The position numbers and the translations under genes are program-made. Below are positions 32,901 to 42,875 of a stretch of 64,000 nt of DNA, piece by piece; the stretch's first letter is position 1, and each line of letters opens with the position of its first letter. Where the stretch lies: contig MWCM01000005.1 of assembly GCA_002070055.1 (NCBI GenBank), forward strand, positions 2,015-66,014. The letters run 5' to 3'. The notes under the pieces were generated by a model. The model had not been told where the DNA came from. It saw only the letters and a list, made by a program, of their open reading frames with translations, and did no database searches. The stretch is from a bacterium ADurb.Bin212. GTDB lineage: Bacteria > Patescibacteriota > UBA1384 > XYA2-FULL-43-10.

Positions 32901-35900
32901 AATTCAGATCGTTTGCACTACTCTATCCGGCTCGGCTGGTAGCACCATCTCAAGCAATGGCGGAGCCGGAGGAGCAAATGGTGGCGGAGGCGGTGGTGGT
33001 AGAATAACAATTTATCCATCCAATGATAGTTATCTTGGCACTCTAACGGCAACCGGCGGTTCCGCCGGTTCTGGTGGAGCCACTGCTGGAACAAACGGCA
33101 CAGCAATTATTCAACACACACCTGGCTCCCTGACTATGAACTCACCTAACGACGCCGCTACTGATCAAATACAAAAAACAGTATTTCGCTTTAACTCGAC
33201 AGACATCGACAACGACTGGATACAATACAAATTACAGATTGCCGCAGATATAAACTTCAGCGATGGCGTTTCCACCTTTGACCAAACTCTCTCTCAAAAC
33301 CCAAGTAGTGGAGGTAGAAGCGCAATATTCTCCAATCAAGACAGAACCACGGGCAATGTCGCCGGAAGTGACGGATACTCTTCGGGCAGAGAAGCAATTC
33401 TCACACTGCAAACAAATCTGACTCAGGCAAGAACATACTATTGGAGATTCTACGCTTATGATCCAGAAGGAGTCGACTCTTTTGACGGCAGCCAGCACTG
33501 GTCACCAGCTTCAAGCATCAGATCGTTTACTGTTGCAAGCATCGACCATATTTCGTTCTCGACACCCCAACAAGAGAGCGTTGTTACTTTCTGTTCTGCA
33601 GTTATGACTGTAAATTTAAGAGACTCGAGTAATAACAATATCTACTTAACAGAGGACGACGGCCCCACAGCACTACAACTTAGCGCTGATTCAGCTTCAG
33701 GCTCATTTTATTCCGATTCAGATTGTGAGACGGCTATACCTAGCGATCAGGTTATAGTTGCAGTTTCTGGTAACTCTGCCAGTTTTTTCTACAAGGACAA
33801 CCAACCTTCGCCGGTAAACAATTATTTTACAATCACGGTTGCTGAAACACCATCTGAAGGATTAACAGATGCTACTCAACAGATAAGAATTAAGCCAGGC
33901 GATTTAGGGTCTTTTGAAATATCAGGGGCTCCGGTATCAATAGTTGCCGGTGCGGCTTTCTCTTCTCCAACAAACGACATTACCGTAACTGTAAAAGATA
34001 TTTTTGGGAACACAAAGAACGATTGGACCGGGCAAATCTGGTTCTATTCCTCCGATTCGCAAGCTGATTTAGTCTATGACGACTCAAATAAATATTCATT
34101 CACTTCCGGCGAAGGTCTGGATAACGGCACACACACTTTTGATGGCGGAAACTTCGTCTTAAAAACCAAAGGTAATCAATCTTTAGTAGTCCACAACTCA
34201 AGTGGTGGTGAATACGACGAAGTGGTAGCTATAACCGTTAACCCTGCGGCTATAGACCACTTCTCTCTCAGCGACTACCCACGCACAGCCAGCGGAAAAT
34301 TCGCCATGAGTTCTTTTTCTTGGGACACACCAGGATATTCAGACGCTCCATACGACCCGATTGTCACAGCATACGACCTTTACGGAAACATAAAAGATGA
34401 TTATGTTGGAGAAACATGGTTTGAACTCTACAAATCCACCGATGCGGCCGGTAATCCTTTGGATTCTAGCGCAAATTATGCCTTTGATTACGATTATACT
34501 AATCACTATACTTTTACCTCGGGTGACGGATTAGATAATGGCACTCACACTTTTGATGGCTCCGGCTTTACAGTAGTAACCGCAGCCAACGATCTACGCC
34601 TCAGAGTAAAAACTTCGGCGAATGGAGGTGTTTACACCGACTTTACGATAACAGTGAAGCCTCAATCGATTGACCACTTCCTTATTAGCTCAACTCCAAC
34701 CCTCTCCAGAAATGGAATAGATTGGGACAAAGAAGTAGACGAGGAGTTCATCGAAGACATCACCGTCACTGCATACGATACCTTTGGCAATGTAAAAACA
34801 GATTATTATTATAACGACGCAACAAAAGCCGGCATGATCTACTTCTATTCAAGCGACCCGCGCGCCGTACTTCCCTATTCCAAAACAGTCAGCACAGATT
34901 CCTCTGCCTGTTTAGCCTTCCCGCAAGCTGCCAACGGTTCTTATACTTTAGATACAACCAACACCCCCTTAAACTACTTTAAATTCTTAACAGGGGGGCC
35001 ACAAACGATCTCAGTTTCAGAATGTATTGATCCTACCTCTGCATACGCCACTGGAACTGATAATAAATATGACCCTAGGCTCGAAGGAGTAAATCCGCTC
35101 AAAGTTATGGCCGCAACGGGCCAAATCCCCGCCACAGGTGATGATCCAAATAAAATATTTGTAGCTAATCATGTGCCCGGCTCAACCCACACAGCAGTCG
35201 ACCATTCTGACGATTCGAACGATCTTATCGAAGCTGGACCAGGCCATGAGCAGGCAACTCTTTCTTGGACTAATCCCTTTGATATCCCAAGCGACCCCGC
35301 TCTTGACGCTCAGGCATATATTTATCGTTGCACAACAAACTGTGAAAATATCGCAAACTTTAGTAGGATTATTACAGATCCGGCCACAATTAGCGTAACC
35401 GCTGGAGAAGTTTCTGAATACACCGATACAGGGCTAACAAATGGAACCGAATATTTTTACAAGCTCTCTTATGCTTATAAACGACAGGATGATAGTTATA
35501 TCGAGAGCAACAAATCAATCACAGTCAGCACAACTCCGGCAGACATTGCACCAAGAAATATCTCTGCCTCACAACTTGATATAAGTGACAGCACAAACCC
35601 GGGCAAGGTAAGAGTGGACTATCAACTACGTTGGGATTCGACTGTTTCCTTGGCATACTATAACCCTGCCACCAACTCATGGCATAATGCATCACCTAGC
35701 GCCATGAGCGGAGATGTGGGCCCCGGCATCACTGGAGATGAAGCACTAATATCTCACACCGCTTATTTGGACCCTAACATTGATTTCGACGGTCAATATT
35801 TAACCGATACCTTTAAGGTTAGGGTTAAGGTAACAGTCAACTCAGCCAGCACTTATGCCGATTCAGCGACTCTTGATCTTGATTCAAAAAATCCGGCTGG

Positions 35901-37689
35901 CGCCACCCTGGTTGTGGATGCGACAGACGGCAACAGCGCCGATCTTACCTTTTCTGCCTCGGATAATAATGAGCTATCCATGAAAGTCGCTGGAGATCCC
36001 GACTTTACTGGAGTAGACTGGCAAGCGTTTACCGAAACAATCGAAGATTTTGGAATCAACGGTATGAACTCTGTCTATGTAATTTATAGAGATTCTTTTA
36101 ATAACACCACAACAGTAGAACAAGAAATTTTTAGCGCGCCACAAAACGTAAGCATTAAGGACGGTTCAAGCGCGGCGTCACAGACATATCGGCTACTTAT
36201 TACTTGGGATGATCTAATACCAATGCCGGAACATTACAATGTTTTTCGTTCAATAGATGGCGAAAATTACTCTCACTACGACACCACTGTTAAAAACGCC
36301 GCAATTGATATTAATCTTGATCCGGATACGCTTTACTCATATAAAATTCAAGCAGAAGATGGGGCCGGCAATAAATCAGCTCTATCGGATGCCGTTTCGT
36401 CACGTCCGGGAACCGCCCCCGACGTAACCGCAGACCCGGCAGTTGAGTTGTTTGGCTGGAAACAAGATGTGGGAGTAAGAGCAAGGATTACTTGGGATAC
36501 CGACCAGAACTCCGATTCTTTTGTCGCTTTTGCCAAAGAGCCGATTAAAAGCGGTTCCGTATTAGATACCGAGTCAGGCAACGAAGATGCAGTCTCTGTA
36601 GTTGGATCCCCCGATATGGTAACATCGCACGAGATAAATCTCTCCAATCTGGAGCCATCGACTAAATATTATTTTAAGGTATTATCTAAAAACGAAATTC
36701 AGATCACCGGCTACTCAGATGTGTTTGAGTTTACTACCCCGGAAAGAGTTTTGCTGTTAATTTCTGGCATGAAAATTACCGACATTACCAATAATTCAGC
36801 ATTTATCTCTTGGACCACATCAAAAATATCAACCAGCTTGGTTGAATATGGGCAAACCAGCCAGTATGGTGAAACAATTGAGGACCTGAGCCAGAACACC
36901 GAGCATAAATTCAAGCTGGAAAATCTGATATCAGGAGACTACCATCTTCGGGTCAGCGCCAGAGATGTAGATGGCAATTTAACTATCTCTGACGAATATA
37001 TCTTCAATATTCCACCAACCCCTACTATTACAGATATAGCCATCACTGACATTAGCGACAACACTGCAAAAGTTTCTTGGAGCACAAATGTGTCATGTAA
37101 TTCAAATGTCGATATTGAGAGCGATAGTGGCAACGGCTCACAAGGCAATGCTAGTTATACTACAAGCCATTCTGTAAACCTTGTGGGGTTAAGCGCCAAA
37201 ACCAACTATACCTTGAAGATAAGATCAGTTGACACATACGGTAATACTGCTATCTCGGAGAGCAGACAGATTACTACCACCGCAGACTTGTTTGCCCCAA
37301 AAATTATTAACCCTAAATCAGAGATAACTTCAACCGGATCAGGTGAAAACATTAAATATCAGTTGATTGTATCGTGGGAAACAGATGAGCCGTCTACCAG
37401 CAAAGTTGAGTTCGGCCAGGGTGTTGGTAATGCCTACGAATCATCCAGCAAAGAGGAGTTGTCCTTAAATATGACTCATACAATAATTGTTACTGATCTA
37501 AAACCAAACTCTGTTTATCACTTTAGAATAAAAAGTGGCGATAAAGCCAATAATGTCGCATACTCTGATGATTACACTATTACCACCCCACCCAAAGAAA
37601 AAGACATTATTAGCATAATAATAAACGCTATTGTCGGGCCTATGAACGATATCTACCAGGGAGTAATTAATAAGTTATTCAAAAGGTAA
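26977..37689 (+). CDS. giant (3570 aa) multidomain surface protein: BNR/sialidase-like N-terminus, LamG-like lectin domains, three Gly-rich beta-helix-like super-repeats, four C-terminal FN3-like domains
   Basis: A single uninterrupted 10.7-kb ORF. Asp-box/BNR repeats ([18 protein letters not shown]). LamG-like blocks ([13 protein letters not shown]...LELWAYP...[17 protein letters not shown]...[10 protein letters not shown]...LKLYMDGK). Periodic [11 protein letters not shown]...TANGGSGG...[10 protein letters not shown] units. C-terminal FN3-like modules ([17 protein letters not shown]..., [16 protein letters not shown]..., [19 protein letters not shown]...). Confidence 0.8.
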   Translation: MPISLSDSNGLTVMNIEPPVIEDNRGTKGQISLEIVDDVATYFIDKDYIENAEYPIFLDPTVTVSTSTITNPNSYAKDRTLLETSDGTLVNIYSDGAAINYRTSSDKGANWSSATKITDSANADDNGFSAWIDVDDNIHLTYSDNNTNPYIFYRRLSYSFATTVVSIGAEKTVESSGTSRMYPSIVATESSNTIHVAYRYYDGSDYTIKVKSSSDFGDNWSAASTLSPATNANAATYPCAILWNDKPAIIYNYQNASLRWNYYNGSSWQSEGWDNELITAEVDADTGLEFTAIESPFNNYLHLSWRGSGTNGIRYLKNNNSVAGWDGTSTAITADHNDRFPSIGAGTNDYINLYYSDYVGANSYNIKYISKSSAGSFGAVNSVTTDDANNLVSHAAQKATYYRNNSLLFDGTDDHADLPDGFSDFTGGLTLELWAYPTAAQNYARFFNFSNGAPNNNIVFGRTGTTTNLAFIVCNGTSSCPTAVTATGVLELNKWQHFVVTQSAAGAVTIYKNGVSVATGTQNIPTNITRTINYIGRGAWVTDSYYKGNIDGVRIYNRSISSGEVTAHYRSGIGPKKIPTDTNQLAAYNFDETSGTSGADASGNSMTATLVSGPSNQHNSVPYKNSNNYAIYSPNSNGYISIPANASTNTNTTNFTMEAWVKAKSTGAWRWIMGKNNSGNWLGINSGGYLNFSTAGGANNISSTAYVTDEKWHHVAATFDTGTLKLYMDGKNTDTWTGKSVSAQTGATYIGYNGYEYYYGWINEARLWTKTLSAADILNRFSAGLFATGAPEANLGGGWSMNDASGTTVADFSGNGNTGSFVNTLYFDNVLKTTLSTPSVTFVEGTGSPYNIKWGPKAKVWTGMGANTNWTTAENWSDGVAPVGGDNLLFDGPTGGSSVADSVPDNLGSIEIVKESSITLYFSKHPSTNVDTFKINLTGDCIFNGGIVQSEGDTTVMHAGITDGQGNELSASNIFVGPSGIINLDGLGFPARQGPGRIYLTNDERGSGHGGQGGGSPYGGTAYGDFSDPVSLGSGNYRVAGGGALKLNASQSIILDGSLSANGLSNYGGSAGGSFNISGTYIAGVGSVKVNGGAGDYGTGGGGRIKLSSNTNNFIGTLQAKAGNQSAGINGGAGTIFKKLASQTYGDLIIDNGDATQNGRNQTSAYLKGSSGDTGSYQFDSITFNNYGKLEIISGQSLALNSGTITGTKTAGVINAGTVSVPDNWSLNYFYSHKNGTLSGWTQTNLTITSAGKLTHYINDSTDTYGLNLTLDSLTVDSGGEIDVSEVGYASQQGTGKGKVITGGYGDGGGYGGEGGRNDTDMTRSNPYGDYSNPTELGSGGAYSGGGGKALLTITGTATINGSLLANGQSANSGGSGGSINLSAATITGGGTITANGGSGGTIYSGGGGGGRIRLASTANTFSGTLTARGGTGYSSNYSGGPGTIYKKLSSQSYGDLIIDDNGNTHHNRYFMGAYLKDKADSGSYQFDSIQFSNYGKLEVLGSQIINATATTITGDKNSGFSNAGTINLPSTWNLSYLYMHKGGTISDLANKSIVVTSTGFLTHYFNNSEETYSINWTLNSVEVQTNGEINTTNNGYAANNGLGPGASAGTPSGSGGGAYGGNGAAGTVGAGGTAYGSVTNPTNLGSGGGGGANAGGGAIILNVNTLNLSGTLAANGADSAANDYAGGGAGGSINITANTISGSSGSITANGGYSKWRGGGGGGGRIAINYTTDSYTGGLSSLAISAKGGMNGVTWGEDGTRKGAAGTIYIKKTSDAYGSLKIDNAVATTTVARTPLTLPLAYSNVTISNYGKATISTNADTAQNTLAVNGNLTVGANSELILNSDNDGTPAAGAWPIITVTGDANISGSVTSNATGYIHDLGSGKGNISGSYGSGAGYGGSGGNSANGAIGGVTYGTERDNNYIGSGGGGANGGAGGGMIKMSVSGSLDLSNTGTIASNGGAGGTDGGGGSGGSIQIVCTTLSGSAGSTISSNGGAGGANGGGGGGGRITIYPSNDSYLGTLTATGGSAGSGGATAGTNGTAIIQHTPGSLTMNSPNDAATDQIQKTVFRFNSTDIDNDWIQYKLQIAADINFSDGVSTFDQTLSQNPSSGGRSAIFSNQDRTTGNVAGSDGYSSGREAILTLQTNLTQARTYYWRFYAYDPEGVDSFDGSQHWSPASSIRSFTVASIDHISFSTPQQESVVTFCSAVMTVNLRDSSNNNIYLTEDDGPTALQLSADSASGSFYSDSDCETAIPSDQVIVAVSGNSASFFYKDNQPSPVNNYFTITVAETPSEGLTDATQQIRIKPGDLGSFEISGAPVSIVAGAAFSSPTNDITVTVKDIFGNTKNDWTGQIWFYSSDSQADLVYDDSNKYSFTSGEGLDNGTHTFDGGNFVLKTKGNQSLVVHNSSGGEYDEVVAITVNPAAIDHFSLSDYPRTASGKFAMSSFSWDTPGYSDAPYDPIVTAYDLYGNIKDDYVGETWFELYKSTDAAGNPLDSSANYAFDYDYTNHYTFTSGDGLDNGTHTFDGSGFTVVTAANDLRLRVKTSANGGVYTDFTITVKPQSIDHFLISSTPTLSRNGIDWDKEVDEEFIEDITVTAYDTFGNVKTDYYYNDATKAGMIYFYSSDPRAVLPYSKTVSTDSSACLAFPQAANGSYTLDTTNTPLNYFKFLTGGPQTISVSECIDPTSAYATGTDNKYDPRLEGVNPLKVMAATGQIPATGDDPNKIFVANHVPGSTHTAVDHSDDSNDLIEAGPGHEQATLSWTNPFDIPSDPALDAQAYIYRCTTNCENIANFSRIITDPATISVTAGEVSEYTDTGLTNGTEYFYKLSYAYKRQDDSYIESNKSITVSTTPADIAPRNISASQLDISDSTNPGKVRVDYQLRWDSTVSLAYYNPATNSWHNASPSAMSGDVGPGITGDEALISHTAYLDPNIDFDGQYLTDTFKVRVKVTVNSASTYADSATLDLDSKNPAGATLVVDATDGNSADLTFSASDNNELSMKVAGDPDFTGVDWQAFTETIEDFGINGMNSVYVIYRDSFNNTTTVEQEIFSAPQNVSIKDGSSAASQTYRLLITWDDLIPMPEHYNVFRSIDGENYSHYDTTVKNAAIDINLDPDTLYSYKIQAEDGAGNKSALSDAVSSRPGTAPDVTADPAVELFGWKQDVGVRARITWDTDQNSDSFVAFAKEPIKSGSVLDTESGNEDAVSVVGSPDMVTSHEINLSNLEPSTKYYFKVLSKNEIQITGYSDVFEFTTPERVLLLISGMKITDITNNSAFISWTTSKISTSLVEYGQTSQYGETIEDLSQNTEHKFKLENLISGDYHLRVSARDVDGNLTISDEYIFNIPPTPTITDIAITDISDNTAKVSWSTNVSCNSNVDIESDSGNGSQGNASYTTSHSVNLVGLSAKTNYTLKIRSVDTYGNTAISESRQITTTADLFAPKIINPKSEITSTGSGENIKYQLIVSWETDEPSTSKVEFGQGVGNAYESSSKEELSLNMTHTIIVTDLKPNSVYHFRIKSGDKANNVAYSDDYTITTPPKEKDIISIIINAIVGPMNDIYQGVINKLFKR

Positions 37690-37690
37690 T

Positions 37691-38446
37691 ATGGCCAAAA
37701 CCGTTGTAATCAGTGCCAAAAATTTAATCAAAACTTTTCAGGCCGGCGGAAGCGACCTGACTGTTGTAAACGATGTTTCTTTTGAAATCGAATCTGGTGA
37801 TTTTGTGATGTTCTTCGGTCCTTCCGGTTGTGGTAAATCCACTTTATTAAATATAATCTGTGGCTTAGAGAAACCGACAAGCGGAAAAATTAAGATCAGA
37901 GATGAATCTCTTGGCGATTTAAGGGATGATAAACTAGCCTTTTACCGACGCACAAAAATTGGCATTGTCTTTCAACAGTTTAACCTGTTGAAAACCATGA
38001 CTAACCTGAAAAACGTAGCACTACCCCTAATCTCAAATGGAGAGCCGGCCGGTAAAGCCTTTCATCGTGCAGCACAGATATTAAAAATGGTAGGGCTGGA
38101 GAAACACCTCAAAAAAAGACCTACCGAACTTTCGGGCGGGCAGCAGCAACGTGTCGCAATTGCAAGAGCCTTGGCGGCGAACCCATGGATTATTGTTGCA
38201 GATGAGCCAACCGGCAATCTGGACTCAAAATCAGCAGATGAGGTGGTAGAGATTCTGAACATATTGAATCAGAGATCAAAAAGAACGGTAATTATGGTTA
38301 CCCATAATCCGGAGTATTTAAAATTTGCTAACAAGATTTTTCACCTCAAAGACGGGCAGATTATAAAAAGTGAACATAATCACAATCAACCCAAGATAAA
38401 AGACATCGAGGGATTTAAAATCAGTGAGCATAACATAGAAAGTTAA
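37691..38446 (+). CDS. ABC transporter ATP-binding protein (MacB/LolD-like)
   Basis: Walker [10 protein letters not shown], signature [15 protein letters not shown], Walker [13 protein letters not shown]. The start codon is 2 nt after the giant-gene stop. Confidence 0.9.
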   Translation: MAKTVVISAKNLIKTFQAGGSDLTVVNDVSFEIESGDFVMFFGPSGCGKSTLLNIICGLEKPTSGKIKIRDESLGDLRDDKLAFYRRTKIGIVFQQFNLLKTMTNLKNVALPLISNGEPAGKAFHRAAQILKMVGLEKHLKKRPTELSGGQQQRVAIARALAANPWIIVADEPTGNLDSKSADEVVEILNILNQRSKRTVIMVTHNPEYLKFANKIFHLKDGQIIKSEHNHNQPKIKDIEGFKISEHNIES

Positions 38447-38454
38447 TAATTGGT

Positions 38455-39639
38455 ATGAAATTTTCACAAATCATCGCTACCACTTGGGAAAACCTTATGG
38501 GCAATAAGATGCGCACCCTACTAACGGTCAGCGGCATCTCAATTGGAATCGCCACAATAATATTCCTGGTTTCTTTGGGCTATGGTCTGCAGGAGTTTTC
38601 TGTTAAAAGAGTTAGCTCACTAGACGCGCTCTCAACACTGGATGTTTCTCAAGGCAAAACTGCAAGTTTTAAGCTCGATAAATCCAGTATCGAAAATATC
38701 TCCAAGATTAAGTATGTAGAAAAAGTCAGTCCAATTATCTCGCTTGGCGGAAAAGCGAGCTACAACGACAAAAAAACCGACCTTGTAACCACAGCAGTTT
38801 ATGATAATTTTTTTAACTACGAAGACGTAAAAATTGCCGAAGGCGGAGTATTTAGTAACTCAGAAGAGAAGATTCTTATTTCTAGCGCTCTTGCTAAGAC
38901 CTTGGGGGCAGATAATAAGGCATTAATCGGTCAACAGCTAGATTTGTCGGTTTTATTACCAAAGGCCGATAAAGATGCGCCACCCCTCAAACTTAAACTA
39001 ACCATATGTGGGGTAGTCCAAGACAACAGTTCAACTTTCGCCTACATCTCCCAAAATTTAATTGAAAATGAGCTGGAAGACGGCACTATTTATACTGCCC
39101 TTAAAGTTAAGCTGCAATCTCAAGACAATCTAAATCAGGTCAAAAATGAGATAGAAGCAAGCGGCTTTTCGGTCAGCTCTGTTGCTGATACCGTATCTCA
39201 AATTAGCCAGGTCTTCGCAATAGTAAGAATTGTCTTAGCTTTGTTCGGTGGTTTTGCTTTGTTGGTGGCCGCTATTGGCATGTTTAACACCATGACTGTT
39301 GCCCTGCTTGAAAGGACAAGAGATATCGGTATCATGAAATCAATTGGAGTAAACAATAAAGATGTATATTTAATGTTCTTATCTGAGGCAGTAATAATAT
39401 CTATACTGGGTGGAATGCTAGGAGTTGGACTTGGCGCGCTAATCTCCGCATTGATTAATGTTATTATTACCGGACTCGCCAACTTAGTGGGAGCAGAACC
39501 GGTAACACTCTTTTATACTCCGCTCTGGTTTTCGATGTCTGTTTTTGCTTTCTCGGTGCTAGTAGGAGCTTCCACTGGTTTTTATCCCGCCAGAAGGGCC
39601 TCGAAGCTAAACCCGCTTGATGCCTTAAGATACGAGTAA
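38455..39639 (+). CDS. ABC transporter permease, FtsX/MacB-like (large periplasmic loop plus C-terminal FtsX domain)
   Basis: TM1, then a ~220-aa extracytoplasmic domain, then 3 TM helices of an FtsX-type domain. Paired with the upstream ATPase. Confidence 0.85.
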   Translation: MKFSQIIATTWENLMGNKMRTLLTVSGISIGIATIIFLVSLGYGLQEFSVKRVSSLDALSTLDVSQGKTASFKLDKSSIENISKIKYVEKVSPIISLGGKASYNDKKTDLVTTAVYDNFFNYEDVKIAEGGVFSNSEEKILISSALAKTLGADNKALIGQQLDLSVLLPKADKDAPPLKLKLTICGVVQDNSSTFAYISQNLIENELEDGTIYTALKVKLQSQDNLNQVKNEIEASGFSVSSVADTVSQISQVFAIVRIVLALFGGFALLVAAIGMFNTMTVALLERTRDIGIMKSIGVNNKDVYLMFLSEAVIISILGGMLGVGLGALISALINVIITGLANLVGAEPVTLFYTPLWFSMSVFAFSVLVGASTGFYPARRASKLNPLDALRYE

Positions 39640-39687
39640 GCGAGCAAAATTCTTTGTTTTAAAGATCAAAAAATTACTAGAACCACT

Positions 39688-41712
39688 TTATATTCTATCT
39701 ACTAGCCCTTCCGGAATATGAGCAATAAAACGTGATTCAGGATTAGCCTGAAACCTGCCATATAAGTTTCGCTCAAAGGTAGAAATTAAATAAAGCCGCT
39801 TTTTGGCTCTGGTTATCCCGACATAACAAAGACGTCTCTCTTCCTCCATCTCGCTGGCATCTTGTAGCGAACGCGAATGAGGGAATATCCCCTCCTCCAT
39901 ACCAGCAATAAAAACATTCTCAAACTCGAGGCCCTTCGCAGAATGTAAAGTCATAAGAGTAACCGTGTTTCCTGATTTGTCTAAGCTATCAGTGTCTTGA
40001 ATTAACGCTACTCGTTCTAAAAAATTCGAGAGTTGTTCCAGCTGTTGGTTGTGTTTGGAAATTTCATCAGAATTTATGAATTCTTCATTTGGAATTATCT
40101 GGAGCTGAGATGCGACAGTAGAAAGCTCAAGCACATTTTCCCATCTACCTTCACCCTCAGGAGTCCCATCTAAAAGATATTTTTTATAGCCGCTCTTAGT
40201 TGCCACATGTTGAATTAAGTCTCCTAGTTCCATATCTTTAGCCACTTCTCTTATCTCCGCAATCATTACAAGAAATTCTACCAGTTTTTTGGAAATTTGC
40301 AGATTTGAAATTTCATTAGGATTTAGAAACTCAGATTTAGATATTTCCCTAACTTGCTCAAGCGTTTTCTCTCCAATTCCCCTGCTTGGGGCGCCTGAAG
40401 CGCGACTTAAAGACTCAAAATCCATCGGGTTCAAAATCAGGCGCAAATAGGCGATAATATCTTTAATCTCCTTGCGATCATAGAATCTGACACCGCCCAC
40501 AACCCGATAAGGAATGTTCATACGCATAAAAGACTCCTCCAGAGCCCTCGACTGGGCATTAGTGCGATAAAGCACGGCAAAATCCGTATAGTTCCCCTTA
40601 CTTTCACCTTTTCCCTTTTCCCTTTTCCCTCGCATTAGAGATCCGATCTCTAAAGCGATAAATTCTGCCTCATCCTTCTCGTTTAAAGCTTGGTAAATTG
40701 TAATTGGACAGCCGCTTCCTAACTCGGTCCAAAGAACCTTATCGGTTCTGTTTTTATTTTGTCTTATCACCTCGTTTGCCGCAGAAAGAATTGTATCTGT
40801 GGAGCGATAATTTTGTTCTAGTTTAATAACTTTTGCCCCCGGCCAATCACGTTCAAAGTTTAATATATTGCGAAAGTTTGCTCCCCTCCAACCATATATT
40901 GCCTGATAGTCATCACCGACCACCATAATATTTTTGTGTTTCCTTGCCAACAGCTTAACCCAAACATATTGAGCTTGGTTCGTATCCTGATATTCGTCAA
41001 TCATAATATACTTAAATTGGCCTTGGTATCTATCTAAAATCTCCGGATTTTTTTGGAGTAACTCTACACATTTCATAATTAGATCATCGAAGTCGAATGC
41101 ATTGGCCTTGCGCAAATATTGTTGATATCGGACATAAACATCAGCCACTACCCTCTCCATCGGAGAATTAACATATTTTTTATACTCTTTTTCATCAATT
41201 AATTCATTTTTTGCCCCACTGATAAAATATTGCACCGCCTGAGGGTTATAATTCTTTTCGTCGATGTCAAGTTCACGCATTGTTCTTTTTATTATTGATT
41301 TTTGATCGCTGGAATCATAAATTGTAAAATCTCTTTCGAAACCGATATTATGCGCCTCGCGACGCAAAATGCGCACACAAATCGAATGAAATGTGCCGAG
41401 CCACGGTAGCCGTAAAATATCAGTTTTCAGGTTATTGGTATCAGGTTGCAGTCCGGCATTCTGGTTTTGAGTTTGTGTTTTTTTGGTTAATAAATCACTC
41501 ACACGATTTGCCATTTCCCCTGCCGCCTTATTGGTAAAAGTTACCGCTAAAATATTAAATGGGGAAACTTTTTTTTCGCGCACTAAATAAGCTATGCGAT
41601 GAGTTAGGGCTTTTGTTTTACCGCTACCGGCGCCCGCAAGCACAAGTACAGGCCCCTCAGTTTGCAGAACGGCCTTCTTTTGCTCGGAATTTAAGTTTTC
41701 AATAATATCCAT
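39688..41712 (-). CDS. UvrD/PcrA-family ATP-dependent DNA helicase (with low-complexity insertions)
   Basis: Walker A AGAGSGKTKALTHRIAYLV, DEYQDTN (DExx), motif VI VGITRAKKRLYL. Insertions KKTQTQNQNAGLQPDTNNL and GKREKGKGESKGN. Confidence 0.85.
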   Translation of the reverse strand: MDIIENLNSEQKKAVLQTEGPVLVLAGAGSGKTKALTHRIAYLVREKKVSPFNILAVTFTNKAAGEMANRVSDLLTKKTQTQNQNAGLQPDTNNLKTDILRLPWLGTFHSICVRILRREAHNIGFERDFTIYDSSDQKSIIKRTMRELDIDEKNYNPQAVQYFISGAKNELIDEKEYKKYVNSPMERVVADVYVRYQQYLRKANAFDFDDLIMKCVELLQKNPEILDRYQGQFKYIMIDEYQDTNQAQYVWVKLLARKHKNIMVVGDDYQAIYGWRGANFRNILNFERDWPGAKVIKLEQNYRSTDTILSAANEVIRQNKNRTDKVLWTELGSGCPITIYQALNEKDEAEFIALEIGSLMRGKREKGKGESKGNYTDFAVLYRTNAQSRALEESFMRMNIPYRVVGGVRFYDRKEIKDIIAYLRLILNPMDFESLSRASGAPSRGIGEKTLEQVREISKSEFLNPNEISNLQISKKLVEFLVMIAEIREVAKDMELGDLIQHVATKSGYKKYLLDGTPEGEGRWENVLELSTVASQLQIIPNEEFINSDEISKHNQQLEQLSNFLERVALIQDTDSLDKSGNTVTLMTLHSAKGLEFENVFIAGMEEGIFPHSRSLQDASEMEEERRLCYVGITRAKKRLYLISTFERNLYGRFQANPESRFIAHIPEGLVDRI

Positions 41713-41902
41713 TGTCTTCCTTTTGTGGTTGAGATTTATATTATACTAATAAAAACCTCTTTCGCGCCACCTATATATATCCATAACATGATTTGTTATA
41801 CAAACAACAACGCCTCCCACATGGGGAAGCGTCGATTCCTCTGCGTCCAGATCACAGGAACACGCACTACGCAGATAAGCGCCCACTCCTATTGCCGCCC
41901 AG

Positions 41903-42709
41903 CTAAACGAACAAGAGGGCGACCAACACCAAAGCCATCACTACATCTACTCTGCTCTTGATCCGGCTGGCCTCTTTGGCCGACATACTACCACGCACAG
42001 CTAGCTGAACCACAGTCGGCACCCAAAGCAGGGCCACTAACCTCACCCAACCCAAGGCTTGCAGAAGAACCAACCATGTGGCAAGGCAAGCGACCGCCAG
42101 ACTCAGTGCCGCCACCCTTTTGGCCCCCGTTTCACCCACAGCCTGGATCCATGTCCATTTGTGGCCAATGTCGTGGGGGTGGTCTTCGAAGTCCTTTAGG
42201 ATCTCGCGGCCGTGGATCACAGATGCTACCGCCACAAACAGCAACAGCACTCCAGAATCTTCATTACCTTGACCCAGAGTTACCAAGAGCACCGTTAGAC
42301 TGGAAGCCCCGGCAACCAGTAGGTTCGGCAGTACCGGAACAGTTAACAGCTCAGAGTAGAGAAGACCGGTGACGATGCAAAGGAATATCAGAGCCCCTGA
42401 TTGCCAGCCCAGATCCAACCAGACTGCCATCGCCAACAAGCCGGAGAGTAGCCACAGAGTTGTGGCATACAGCCGGTATTGCCGGGGGTTTTGGGCAGCA
42501 TGGCGCTTGCCCATCCTTGCATCGTGCTGCCGATCACGCAGGTCATTCTGGACCATGGTGGCACACAGCACTACAAACACCGCCACAGCCGGCAAGACAG
42601 AGGCTGAGAGATCGCCGCCGGCATATTTTACGCTAACAATCACGAGCAGCACGGCAAAGAGGTTAATCCTCCACCGTGTCGCCTCGATATAAGGCCGGAT
42701 ACTCTTCAC
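41903..42709 (-). CDS. UbiA-family membrane prenyltransferase (high-GC island)
   Basis: Polytopic. First Asp-rich motif NDLRDRQHDAR (NDxxDxxxD) and second DFEDHPHD. GTG start preceded by GAGGTGA. Visibly GC-rich. Confidence 0.65.
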   Translation of the reverse strand: MKSIRPYIEATRWRINLFAVLLVIVSVKYAGGDLSASVLPAVAVFVVLCATMVQNDLRDRQHDARMGKRHAAQNPRQYRLYATTLWLLSGLLAMAVWLDLGWQSGALIFLCIVTGLLYSELLTVPVLPNLLVAGASSLTVLLVTLGQGNEDSGVLLLFVAVASVIHGREILKDFEDHPHDIGHKWTWIQAVGETGAKRVAALSLAVACLATWLVLLQALGWVRLVALLWVPTVVQLAVRGSMSAKEASRIKSRVDVVMALVLVALLFV

Positions 42710-42825
42710 TTCGCATCACCTCACACGGTGGATAATGCCCCACAAGGAGCTAGTGCTATTTTACATCATTATATAATTATGACAATCGATTATCATAAAC
42801 AAAACTTTTTTAAACTTGGATTATC

Positions 42826-42855
42826 AATAAATGAGGCCTTTCGGCCTCACTTATT
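42826..42855 (-). terminator. intrinsic terminator (TGAGGCC-TTTC-GGCCTCA) downstream of the surface-protein gene; possibly bidirectional
   Basis: 7-bp GC stem with a tetraloop, flanked by AATAAA and TTATT. Confidence 0.5.
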
Positions 42856-42875
42856 ATTTAGATATTAGCTATATC

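Noticed and set aside
41725-41961. 78-aa plus-strand ORF between the helicase and the UbiA gene
   Set aside because: It overlaps the UbiA 3' end on the opposite strand, has no RBS and an odd composition. It probably spans the AT/GC junction by chance.
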